Notes under the pieces: generated by a model
The model's database searches: none
Seen by the model: the letters and a program-made list of their open reading frames with translations, nothing else
What the model was told of the DNA's origin: nothing
Shown here: positions 50,530-58,762 of the stretch, in pieces
Position numbering within the stretch: the stretch's first letter is position 1
How the letters are laid out: every line of letters begins with the position of its first letter
Assembly: GCA_937921555.1 (NCBI GenBank)
Contig: CAKZUV010000055.1
Coordinates: 1-61,694 of the forward strand
Source of the DNA: an uncultured Saprospiraceae bacterium
GTDB lineage: Bacteria > Bacteroidota > Bacteroidia > Chitinophagales > Saprospiraceae
Length of the DNA stretch: 61,694 bases
Direction of reading: 5' to 3'
Position numbers and translations under genes: made by a program

Positions 50530-51609
50530 TCAACCTTTCCCAAACGCTTTCAACACCCGCAGATGCGAACCCACGGCTGCGCGAAAAGTTGGCTGATCGA
50601 AATAGGGCAGGTTAAATTCTTCGGCTGTTTTTTGCACGATTTTAGAAATGTTTTTATAGTGGACGTGGCAAATATGCGGAAATAAATGGTGTTCGATCTG
50701 ATAATTTAAACCGCCTACAAACCAGGATAAAATTCTATTGTTACGGGCAAAATTAGCCGTCGTCATCAGTTGGTGAATCGCCCAGGTATTTTCCATCGTA
50801 CCGCTCATGACGGGCTTGTGGTGCGTGGGGCCTTCTACGACGTGCGCCAGTTGAAAAACGATGGTCAGAATAAATCCGGAAACCATTTGCATGATCAAAA
50901 ATCCGAGCAATACCTGCCACCAGGCAACGGGTAAAACCAACATCGGTAACAATAGAATGTAGAAAAAGTAAATTGATTTACTAATGATCATGGTAATCAT
51001 TTCCTGACGGGGATGGTGTCCGCTTTTTTCGGTCAGGCCACTGCGGTTATAATGGGCCATTTGTACAAAATCTTTTTTTGTCAGCCAGCTGACGGTCGCC
51101 AGGGTGTATAAAAAAGGTGCGTACCAATGCTGGTATTTATGGTAGGAATTTAATTTTCCGTGAGGGGATAAACGAATAAATGGTTTGTCGTGAATATCCT
51201 CGTCCAGTTCGTAAATATTGGTATACGTATGGTGTAAAACATTGTGCTGAACGTGCCAGGTAAACGAACTGCCACCAATGACATTAAAAGAATAACTGAG
51301 GATTTTATTCCAGAATTTGTTGCCGGAATAAGCGCCGTGCGCCGCATCGTGTGCGACCGAAAAACCAATGCCCGCTTGTCCCAGTCCCATCAACAAACAA
51401 AGTCCTGCCATCGCCCAGGTCGAGAATCCGCCGACCATAATGAGCAGGTACGGACCAAAATAAAGCGTGTACATACAGATGGTTTTGAGGACCATCCGGT
51501 GATCACCATTTTTGGATAAATCATTTTCCTGAAAATAACGATTGACGTTTTTTCGTAGAGTACTGAAAAATTGTGATGTATCGGGTCGGGCAAATTTTAC
51601 GCCTTGCAT
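50530..51609 (-). CDS. membrane fatty-acid desaturase
   Basis: Three histidine boxes: HDAAHG, HNVLHH, QIEHHLFP. Confidence 0.9.
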   Translation of the reverse strand: MQGVKFARPDTSQFFSTLRKNVNRYFQENDLSKNGDHRMVLKTICMYTLYFGPYLLIMVGGFSTWAMAGLCLLMGLGQAGIGFSVAHDAAHGAYSGNKFWNKILSYSFNVIGGSSFTWHVQHNVLHHTYTNIYELDEDIHDKPFIRLSPHGKLNSYHKYQHWYAPFLYTLATVSWLTKKDFVQMAHYNRSGLTEKSGHHPRQEMITMIISKSIYFFYILLLPMLVLPVAWWQVLLGFLIMQMVSGFILTIVFQLAHVVEGPTHHKPVMSGTMENTWAIHQLMTTANFARNNRILSWFVGGLNYQIEHHLFPHICHVHYKNISKIVQKTAEEFNLPYFDQPTFRAAVGSHLRVLKAFGKG

Positions 51610-51863
51610 AGTCAGTTTGTTTTATAGATTGCTATTTGCTATTTTTCTCAAAAATGCTAACTGAAATTCTGGATGCTGGTTTACATTAATAACAAATAAG
51701 AATTTATCAGCAGCTACTATGGTAAAGATAGGGAATTCGTCCTGGAAATCAGTACAAAAAGCGGAAAATGACGCAGAATTCAGAAATGGCTGATACGGAA
51801 GCATTCGGATTGACTGGCGTCTCAAAAGAAGAGGAGCATCCTGAATAGATGGGAGTCACCCGA

Positions 51864-51901
51864 AACAGAAAACCGCCGATCCAGACTTCTGAATCGGCGG
51901 T
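51864..51901 (-). terminator. rho-independent terminator of lolA
   Basis: ACCGCCGAT ... ATCGGCGGT 9-bp stem, followed on the minus strand by TTTTCTGTTT. Confidence 0.75.
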
Positions 51902-51924
51902 AGCTGTTCAAGGGAATATATATT

Positions 51925-52605
51925 TTAATCAACCCGAAGGTCTTCTACGTCCACTCCCGGATAATCTTTGGCGTCGAAGGTGAACGTTTTATCGGTGAAT
52001 TTTTTGTTAGGAGTCAGTTGGTCAATTTTGAGGGTGTACCGGGAACCATCGCGGCTGAATGCTTTGATGCTTTGGAGATCATTCTTTTTGATATCCAAAG
52101 CAATCCGGAATTTAAAATATTCGCTGTCGGTGTCCACTGGTTTGAGTTCAATCCAGCGAACGGCTTTGCCATCTTCTTTGGCCACGGTGATGGGAGCGGC
52201 GACAAATTTTCCATCCTCGTAGAATTTCAGAAAATTCTGAGGTGAAAACAGTTCTTCCGAATCTTCGTCCGGATCCACATTATTGATTTGTACTAACTTG
52301 GAAGAAATCTGGTGGTACCAAAGCAACTTGCCATCGGAGACGATATGTTGATCGTTCATGGTCAGGTTGTAGCGGTCGCCTTGTTGCTGGATGGTTCCTT
52401 TTTGAATTTCCGCATCTTCTTCGGGCAGTTCAATGGTGAGCGTAAAAGCAGCCTCCACGGAATTATAGCCGAGGTATTGATTTTTCATAGCCTCCAGCAC
52501 CTTCGTTGCGCCCGGATCGGAATCTTTGGCGGTGGAGAATTCATTGGTTTGAGCCGTAGCAAAAATGCTGAAAGTCAGGGCCAGCAAAAATATGATCTGT
52601 TTCAT
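51925..52605 (-). CDS. lolA: outer-membrane lipoprotein carrier LolA-like protein
   Basis: Signal peptide, about 225 aa, LolA-type pattern (DRYNLTMNDQHIVSDGKLLWYH..VQINNVD). Same strand and downstream of ftsK. Confidence 0.7.
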   Translation of the reverse strand: MKQIIFLLALTFSIFATAQTNEFSTAKDSDPGATKVLEAMKNQYLGYNSVEAAFTLTIELPEEDAEIQKGTIQQQGDRYNLTMNDQHIVSDGKLLWYHQISSKLVQINNVDPDEDSEELFSPQNFLKFYEDGKFVAAPITVAKEDGKAVRWIELKPVDTDSEYFKFRIALDIKKNDLQSIKAFSRDGSRYTLKIDQLTPNKKFTDKTFTFDAKDYPGVDVEDLRVD

Positions 52606-52806
52606 CTTTTTTCTTTTTTAATTCGTTATTTAGACGCAAATATAACGGGAGAGATTAATGTTGGATTGCCGGGAAGTGTTAAGGAATCATTAAATAAAAA
52701 ATGGTAATATTCAGATATATTATTATTTTTACAACAATTACTGATCTTTATTATTGGTTTGGAACTAATAATTGGATTCCTTCCTTAATAATAGCATTCT
52801 TTACCC

Positions 52807-53217
52807 ATGTCTATCCTTTTAGAAAAATCAGAACAAAACAGACTTGCATTTGGTTATTTAAAGGATAAGGAGGTATTCGCTGCGATTATTCATTGTGGGT
52901 ACTATTCTTGCTTTCAAAAAGTATCTTACATTCTAAAAGAATATTATACCAAAGAATGGGACTTAATCCATTTTCAGTTACAGGAACGTAGAAAAGGGAG
53001 TATGCACAAAGAATGTATCAGAGAATTTGTCAGACAATTTCGAGCTAATTTCGGATCAGAAGATGCCGCAGAATTAGATAATCATTTGAAACAGTTAAAG
53101 GCATTAAGAATAGAAGCCGATTACGATGAAACAGAGGTTACTCCAACTATGGTAGATAAAGCAGAAAAATACATGAACAATTTTCATCTGCTTACAAAAC
53201 AAAACTTTAAAGTATGA
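52807..53217 (+). CDS. HEPN-domain protein, candidate toxin of a TAC-like module
   Basis: AAIIHCGYYSCFQKVSYIL, RRKGSMH (Rx4H), LKALRIEADYDE. These are the pattern and spacing of classical HEPN four-helix domains. Confidence 0.7.
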   Translation: MSILLEKSEQNRLAFGYLKDKEVFAAIIHCGYYSCFQKVSYILKEYYTKEWDLIHFQLQERRKGSMHKECIREFVRQFRANFGSEDAAELDNHLKQLKALRIEADYDETEVTPTMVDKAEKYMNNFHLLTKQNFKV

Positions 53218-53687
53218 CAGTCGAAAAATTTATAAGGCAATCCCTGGATAAGATAAGTAATTTGTACCCTGAATATGAATTGTTGTATCAATATAAAAAT
53301 AATTCAGATACACACTTTATCAAAGTGTTAGCGGATAATATTTTAAAAGATAAAAACTTTTCAGATTTGTATTTTGAAATAATGGATAACTTTGACGATA
53401 CTGGAATTGAATCTGAATTGTGTATCCTTGACAATGATGCTTTGATTGAACTTGATCAACCTGAAACAGTTGTAGGTGCTAAGGCTTTGACAATGAATTA
53501 TGAAAACTTTTTTGAAATTCAAGAAAGTATTGATATTTCTACAGTTAATGAAAATACAGGGCTGCTTAATGGAGTGATGCTTTCACCACAAGATAATTTA
53601 AAAATTACTTTTAGTGGAGATGTATTTAAAGGGTCTCCTTTTATAGATTTAACTAATGACGAAAGAAGTTTTGCCATGGCCGCTTAA
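53214..53687 (+). CDS. acidic protein of unknown family, candidate antitoxin with C-terminal extension
   Basis: ATGA start/stop overlap with the HEPN gene. Asp/Glu-rich. No nucleotidyltransferase (MNT) G-S/DxD motif. Ends ...DERSFAMAA. Confidence 0.6.
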   Translation: MTVEKFIRQSLDKISNLYPEYELLYQYKNNSDTHFIKVLADNILKDKNFSDLYFEIMDNFDDTGIESELCILDNDALIELDQPETVVGAKALTMNYENFFEIQESIDISTVNENTGLLNGVMLSPQDNLKITFSGDVFKGSPFIDLTNDERSFAMAA

Positions 53688-53695
53688 ATTAAATT

Positions 53696-54124
53696 ATGAT
53701 TACAGAATCTGCCAAGTCCGGTGTTCAGCTTAAATTTATTCGACTTATAAATTCTCAATTCGAGTGGAATAATTACCTGGAAGATCCTAATGTAAAGGAT
53801 TTACCAGTTAAGTTGGAAGTAACGTATGATGTGAGAGAAAATTTTCTTGATGTACACGTTAGTATTGAAATTGGAAATGAAATATCGGAAAACGATAGTA
53901 ATGATTTTTATCTGGGAGTAGAAATGGTTGGAATATTTGAAAAAGTTGGAATTCCCAAATTATCAGATGAAGAATTTGCTAAGGTGAATGCTGCTGCCAT
54001 TATTTTTCCATATATTAGACAATATATACGAGCAGTATCATTAGACGCAGGTATAGCTCCAATCATTTTACCAATTGTTAATTTTCACACCTGGTACAAA
54101 AATATACAAAGGGAAAATAGCTAA
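53696..54124 (+). CDS. SecB-like chaperone
   Basis: Aligns by eye with E. coli SecB over its full length: VKLEVTYDV / VKLDLDTAS, GVEMVGIFE / EVQQGGIFS, AAAIIFPYIRQYIRAVSLDAGIAPIILPIVNFHTWY / [36 protein letters not shown]. Confidence 0.8.
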   Translation: MITESAKSGVQLKFIRLINSQFEWNNYLEDPNVKDLPVKLEVTYDVRENFLDVHVSIEIGNEISENDSNDFYLGVEMVGIFEKVGIPKLSDEEFAKVNAAAIIFPYIRQYIRAVSLDAGIAPIILPIVNFHTWYKNIQRENS

Positions 54125-54159
54125 ATTTTACCCTACAAATCCTATTTTTGTCAAAAAAA

Positions 54160-54801
54160 ATGGATTCTACAAATACCGACACCGCATTTTACGATCAGAT
54201 ATTTTCGACCGCTCCGGCGTCTGTCCGGGAGCATTTTCTGCGGCAATTGTTTGCGCGGGACGAATTATTCCGGAGTGCTTTCGAAAATTATCTAAATCCG
54301 GCCCCCGTTAATTATGACCTGCCTGTCCTCATTGATAAACTGAACGAGATTTCCCAACGGGTCAAAGCAGAAATCGAAAGTTTTGAGTGGGTAGTGACCG
54401 ACGACGACCCCGAAGCAGATTATCTGGAAGAGATGACCGAAGTGCTGAATGAAAATTTCTTTCTCAATATCACCCCGATGGTTGAGCAGTATTTTCAAAG
54501 TGGTAATTTGCTCCTCGCACTGCGAAATCTCCGGGTACTGGAACTGAGCCTTGACCTCGACTGGAACAAATCAGCTCCTGCACCGCTGGCCGTCCACGGT
54601 CCCGAACTCAACGAAGATATGGTAACCCACGAATTTAATTATCTGCTGGTGTATTTTCATACCGGTATTTTTTCTGATGTTTTATTGCAAAGCGCAAAGG
54701 AACTGGTCAGCAATTTTATCGCCCATCCGGCGGTGCATTATCCGCAGACCGAAGGGTGGAAAGAAATTTTGCAGATGATTGAGGGGCGGTTGCAGGATTA
54801 A
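54160..54801 (+). CDS. hypothetical protein
   Basis: First ATG is at 54160 (listed start 54148 is TTG). Base composition resembles the surrounding chromosome rather than the preceding three genes. No motifs recognised. Confidence 0.55.
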   Translation: MDSTNTDTAFYDQIFSTAPASVREHFLRQLFARDELFRSAFENYLNPAPVNYDLPVLIDKLNEISQRVKAEIESFEWVVTDDDPEADYLEEMTEVLNENFFLNITPMVEQYFQSGNLLLALRNLRVLELSLDLDWNKSAPAPLAVHGPELNEDMVTHEFNYLLVYFHTGIFSDVLLQSAKELVSNFIAHPAVHYPQTEGWKEILQMIEGRLQD

Positions 54802-55646
54802 GTATATTTCCGTGCAGCATTTCTCACTTGTCCCAGATACGATCTCCCAAATAAATTCAGGTGCACCAATAAATAATACAATTGGTAAATTTCCATCCGA
54901 TCCAAAAATCCTCCGACGAGCGGATAGCTATTCTGATAAGCTTCGTAAAAAACGGGATCAAATCCACCAAACAAATGACTCATCGCCAGGTCCATTTCGC
55001 GGTGGGCGTAGCTGACGGACGGATCGATGAGTACCGGTGTTTGATTTTTTGTAATTAAAAAATTTCCGTTCCACAAATCTCCGTGGGTTAAGGCGGGTGG
55101 TTCTTCGGGACAGATTTGTTCAATCTGTAAAAACAGGTTTTCAAAAATTTTTAAGTCGGTTGTTTCCAATAGTTGCTGATCGGCGGCCATTTTTATTTGC
55201 GGCTGTAGTCGTTCGCTGACGTAGAATTCGGACCAGGTTGTCTGATAATGATTGGATTGTGGGAGGCTTCCGATAAAGTTGGTGTGGTCTAATCCGAAAT
55301 GTTGCTGCGTGGTCTGGTGCAAGCTGGCGAGTTGTCTGCCCAGGTTTTCCCAACCTGATTTTTCGGGTGGTACGGGCGGTAGATATTCCATGATCAAAAA
55401 GGCAGTTCCGTCGTGATGGCCGGCTGCAAAAACGACCGGTATTTTTATCGTCTTAGTTTTTTGTAAAATTTTTAATCCGCTTGCTTCCGTTTCTAAAAAT
55501 CCCGGAGTAGGTGGTTGTGTATGTTGTTTTAAAAAATAAATACCATCATTGGTTTCAATCCGCCAGGCGTCGTTGATATCGCCACCGGAAATGGAGTGGT
55601 GGGAGTGGATGGTTTTGTGTTTCAGAAAGTCGGGAAGCAGGCGCAA
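54798..55646 (-). CDS. fructosamine/ketosamine kinase family protein
   Basis: SGGDINDAWRIETNDGIYFLK and HGDLWNGNF motifs. The listed ORF (to 55799) overlaps the histidine-kinase gene by 110 nt. An in-frame TTG at 55646 gives a normal N-terminal length. Start is uncertain. Confidence 0.8.
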   Translation of the reverse strand: MRLLPDFLKHKTIHSHHSISGGDINDAWRIETNDGIYFLKQHTQPPTPGFLETEASGLKILQKTKTIKIPVVFAAGHHDGTAFLIMEYLPPVPPEKSGWENLGRQLASLHQTTQQHFGLDHTNFIGSLPQSNHYQTTWSEFYVSERLQPQIKMAADQQLLETTDLKIFENLFLQIEQICPEEPPALTHGDLWNGNFLITKNQTPVLIDPSVSYAHREMDLAMSHLFGGFDPVFYEAYQNSYPLVGGFLDRMEIYQLYYLLVHLNLFGRSYLGQVRNAARKYT

Positions 55647-55689
55647 TTTTTTCTGTAAAGATAAAGCTTTTACTAAGCAACAATACTTT

Positions 55690-57816
55690 TTAAAGAAAAA
55701 TGTTGGATATGGTAGAATCAACCGGAAGGTAATTGGTAGCGGAAGCGATCTGCTGCCGGCAGAAATTTTTATGAATACAGAACTCCAAAATTGTTCCATT
55801 GGAATCGCTTTTTGTGATTACTATATCGCCGTCTAATTGCTGTACTACCTTTTTAGAAATAGACAGACCTATTCCTGATCCGGTAAATTTATCCCGGGAA
55901 TGGAGCCTTTTGAACATTTCAAATACCTGATGGTGGTATGCTTGTGAGATCCCAATGCCATTGTCTTCTACCGAAAAATAATAATGCGTGGAATTGTCCC
56001 AGTGTTTAATACGGACTATCGGCGTATCGTTTTTGTTAAATTTAATACTATTTTCAATTAGATTTTTAAAAACGACTACGAGTAATCCTGGAAGCAAAAT
56101 CCCGTCGGTTGTATGGCCAAAATGAGTATGAAGCTGCACTTTGCTGGTCTCCGAATCCAGGTTTAATTCACTGGCAGTGCTCTTCAGGATAGCCGTCAGG
56201 GAAGTCACCTCGCTAGCACCTTTTTTGCCAATACTGAAAAAATCTGTAATACCTTTAAATAAAGTATCCATTTGGGTGGTACTATTTTCAACGTAAGTAA
56301 GAAATTCGCTGGCCTCGTCGGTTTTGTTGTCCCGTAACCGCCTTTTAGCTAAGGTAGAAAAACTCATAATGGAGCGAAGTGGTTCTTTTAGGTCGTGGGA
56401 AGTAATATAAAAAAAACGTTCCAGTTCGGAGTTGGCATTTTCCAGTTTTCGGTTAATGTTTTTTAGATGTTGGGTTCGTTCCTCCACTTTTTTCTCCAGA
56501 TCGATATTAAGCTGGTGCTTAGTTTCCTTTAGCCGGTAAAGCCAGTAAGCCAATAAAACGAGCAGAAAAATACCCGCCAGACAAACCAGCGAAACGATGG
56601 TGCGTTGTGAAATTATTTTGGCATTCAGAATCTGTTCCTGTTTTAGATAGTAATTTTCTTTTTCTTTTAAATTTAACTGATACTTTGCTTCCATATCAGC
56701 AAATGTGCCCAGGTTTTCTTTTTGCAACGCACTGTCCTTTTCCAGAAGGTGGATCTTGAGGTGCTGCAAAGCCATGGAAGGATTATTTTTTAATTCATAC
56801 AGTTCCGAATAAGTACGATGAATAGTAGCTAGTTTTTCTTTGGAAGATGAAGCGGGAAAATGCTCCAGGGCTTTTTGTGCGTAAATCAGTGCCGAATCAG
56901 GATCGCCCAGCTGCTTTTTCAGTGCTGCGTACTTAAGACAAATATTCGTCAACTCCCAGGTATAATTGGAGTTAATAGCCATTTTATAGGCTTTTTCCAG
57001 GTGTAAAGCTGCCTTGTCCAGATTGCTTAACTTAAGGTGAATTTCACCAATTTTTTTATGTCCATATAAAATACTATGCGTGTAGTTCATCTCCGTGACC
57101 ATGACCAGATATTTTTGGTAATAAGCCAGGGCGTCGATATGCTTCCCTTCTAAAAACAGTATATCTGCTAAATTTGTGTAGCCAAAAGCAATGCCCTCGG
57201 TATCATTGATTAACTGGCTGATGGCAAAACTTCTTTCAAAAGATTCTCTGGCTTTATCGTAGTCTTTGATAGAATAATAAATCGCCCCGATGTTGGTATG
57301 AGAAATTGAAACTCCCAAAGAGTCATTTCTTTGCGTTCTTATTTCCAGTGATTTCAAATGAAACTCAATTGCTTTATCATACTCCTGAACATTTCCGTAA
57401 GTAAGACCGATATTGTTGTATAAATTACTCAGATAACGCCGGTCGTCAATCTTAATGGCAAGAGCCGCCGCATCAAAAAAATACTTATTTGCTTTTTCCG
57501 CGTTGTTAATTTCAGAATAAGCACAACCTACATTATTGATGATTTTCATTTTGAGCGTATCATCATCAAACCGTGAATGCATTGTTTCCTCCAGTGCTTT
57601 TTGACTGTAATTCAGATAATCATCGTGACTCTTTTCGTAGGTATTTTTAGCGATTTGTAGTAAGTAACCTGCTCTGGTAGTTGGGTCGGATGTCTTATCC
57701 AGCAGGATCAACAGACTGTCTATCTGACTGGACCTGGCAGGAAAAGAAGTACATATCAAAACCAGGCCGAGAAGCATTACTTGTACACCTATTTTACAAA
57801 AAGTTAGTAATCTCAA
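55690..57816 (-). CDS. TPR-repeat sensor histidine kinase (no adjacent response regulator)
   Basis: N-terminal signal/TM, TPR array, TM helix, H-box FYITSHDLKEPLRSI, N-box NLIENSIKF, G-boxes DNGIGI and GSGIGLSI. Start is TTG at 57816 or ATG at 57777. Confidence 0.85.
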   Translation of the reverse strand: MRLLTFCKIGVQVMLLGLVLICTSFPARSSQIDSLLILLDKTSDPTTRAGYLLQIAKNTYEKSHDDYLNYSQKALEETMHSRFDDDTLKMKIINNVGCAYSEINNAEKANKYFFDAAALAIKIDDRRYLSNLYNNIGLTYGNVQEYDKAIEFHLKSLEIRTQRNDSLGVSISHTNIGAIYYSIKDYDKARESFERSFAISQLINDTEGIAFGYTNLADILFLEGKHIDALAYYQKYLVMVTEMNYTHSILYGHKKIGEIHLKLSNLDKAALHLEKAYKMAINSNYTWELTNICLKYAALKKQLGDPDSALIYAQKALEHFPASSSKEKLATIHRTYSELYELKNNPSMALQHLKIHLLEKDSALQKENLGTFADMEAKYQLNLKEKENYYLKQEQILNAKIISQRTIVSLVCLAGIFLLVLLAYWLYRLKETKHQLNIDLEKKVEERTQHLKNINRKLENANSELERFFYITSHDLKEPLRSIMSFSTLAKRRLRDNKTDEASEFLTYVENSTTQMDTLFKGITDFFSIGKKGASEVTSLTAILKSTASELNLDSETSKVQLHTHFGHTTDGILLPGLLVVVFKNLIENSIKFNKNDTPIVRIKHWDNSTHYYFSVEDNGIGISQAYHHQVFEMFKRLHSRDKFTGSGIGLSISKKVVQQLDGDIVITKSDSNGTILEFCIHKNFCRQQIASATNYLPVDSTISNIFL

Positions 57817-58062
57817 TACTGGTCAGATTTTAATACGGTGAAATAATGAGATTTTAAAAGACCCATTTAAAGAAGGAGATAACTATATATGTGGTATTTT
57901 GCAAACATCAAGCCAGTGATTAATCTGCTCTGCTCCCTCCTGACCTCACAGGGAGAAGAACCGCCGCCTGCGGGTAGACGGTCTGTGAGGGCTAATGTTT
58001 ATTTTATTCCTTTTTTGTTTTTTAGTGATTGGTTTGGGGTGAGGATTTACAGGTTGAGGCGA

Positions 58063-58677
58063 GCGTTGAGCATGGAATGTTACCGTTTGTCCGCTTTCGC
58101 GGTTCTCTTCTTCAACGTACTGTCGTACGTTGCCTTCCTTCGTCAGGTTCAGTCGGTCATCTCCCGAATTTGCGCAGGAGAAAAGCGACCGCAGGGAGCG
58201 TTCGACTAAGTCAAATCCGGGAATAAAAAAAATCTATGAGCGAGTCGAAACAAACGTTGAGATGAGCGTTCAATTTTCCTTCCGAATTTATGAATGAAGA
58301 AAATGACTGAAGGGAATGTCTGAATGAATAAATACGGAATTAAAGAAAATTTAAAAGCGAGTCGATACCAACGTTGAGCGTGGAATTTTACTGTTCGTCC
58401 GCTTTCGCGGTTCCCTTCTTCAACGTACTGCCGTACGTTGCCTTCCTTCGTCAGGTTCAGTCGGTCATCTCCCGAATTTGCGCAGGAGAAAAGCGACCGC
58501 AGGCAGTGTTCGACTAAGTCAAATCCGGGAATAAAAAAAATCTATGAGCGAGTCGAAACAAAAGTTGAGATGAGCGTTAGATTTTCCTTCCATATTTGCG
58601 CAGGAGAAAAGCGACCAGAGGAAGCGTTCGACTAAGTAAATCTGGAATTAAAGAAAATCTATGAGCGAGTCGAAACA
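58063..58677. repeat. complex tandem repeat array (two units of about 220 nt at 309-nt spacing, plus extra copies of an 85-nt submodule)
   Basis: 58063-58283 and 58372-58591 are near-identical. The submodule ATTTGCGCAGGAGAAAAGCGACC...GAGCGAGTCGAAACA occurs at 58168, 58476 and 58594, and a diverged copy lies at about 58285-58368. Confidence 0.9.
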
Positions 58678-58684
58678 TATACAT

Positions 58685-58716
58685 AAAAAAACCCAGTAGA
58701 AGTAAATTCTACCGGG
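58685..58716 (-). terminator. rho-independent terminator of ftsK
   Basis: Minus strand reads CCCGGTAGAA-TTTAC-TTCTACTGGG followed by TTTTTTT, 47 nt after the stop at 58763. Confidence 0.8.
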
Positions 58717-58762
58717 TGTGGTTCCTCGTGATTAACTCACAAGGTTGCCTCCTATTTCCTAA

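Noticed and set aside
51622-51825. 67-codon ORF between the lolA terminator and the desaturase gene
   Set aside because: It needs a TTG start (or a 60-codon ATG version), has no recognisable motif, and short plus-strand ORF fragments compete with it. There is not enough evidence to call it a gene, although its position 12 nt upstream of the desaturase start makes it possible.
57889-58635. ORFs 57889..58209, 58029..58226 and 58438..58635 in the ftsK / histidine-kinase gap
   Set aside because: They simply translate the tandem repeat units (for example ...ICAGEKRPQGAFD appears twice). There is no start context or protein-like composition. I treated them as non-coding repeat sequence.
58063-58677. 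Possible CRISPR array
   Set aside because: The repeat units are 85-220 nt, far longer than CRISPR repeats. They are separated by diverged copies of themselves rather than by unique spacers of 30-40 nt, and no cas genes are in the window.
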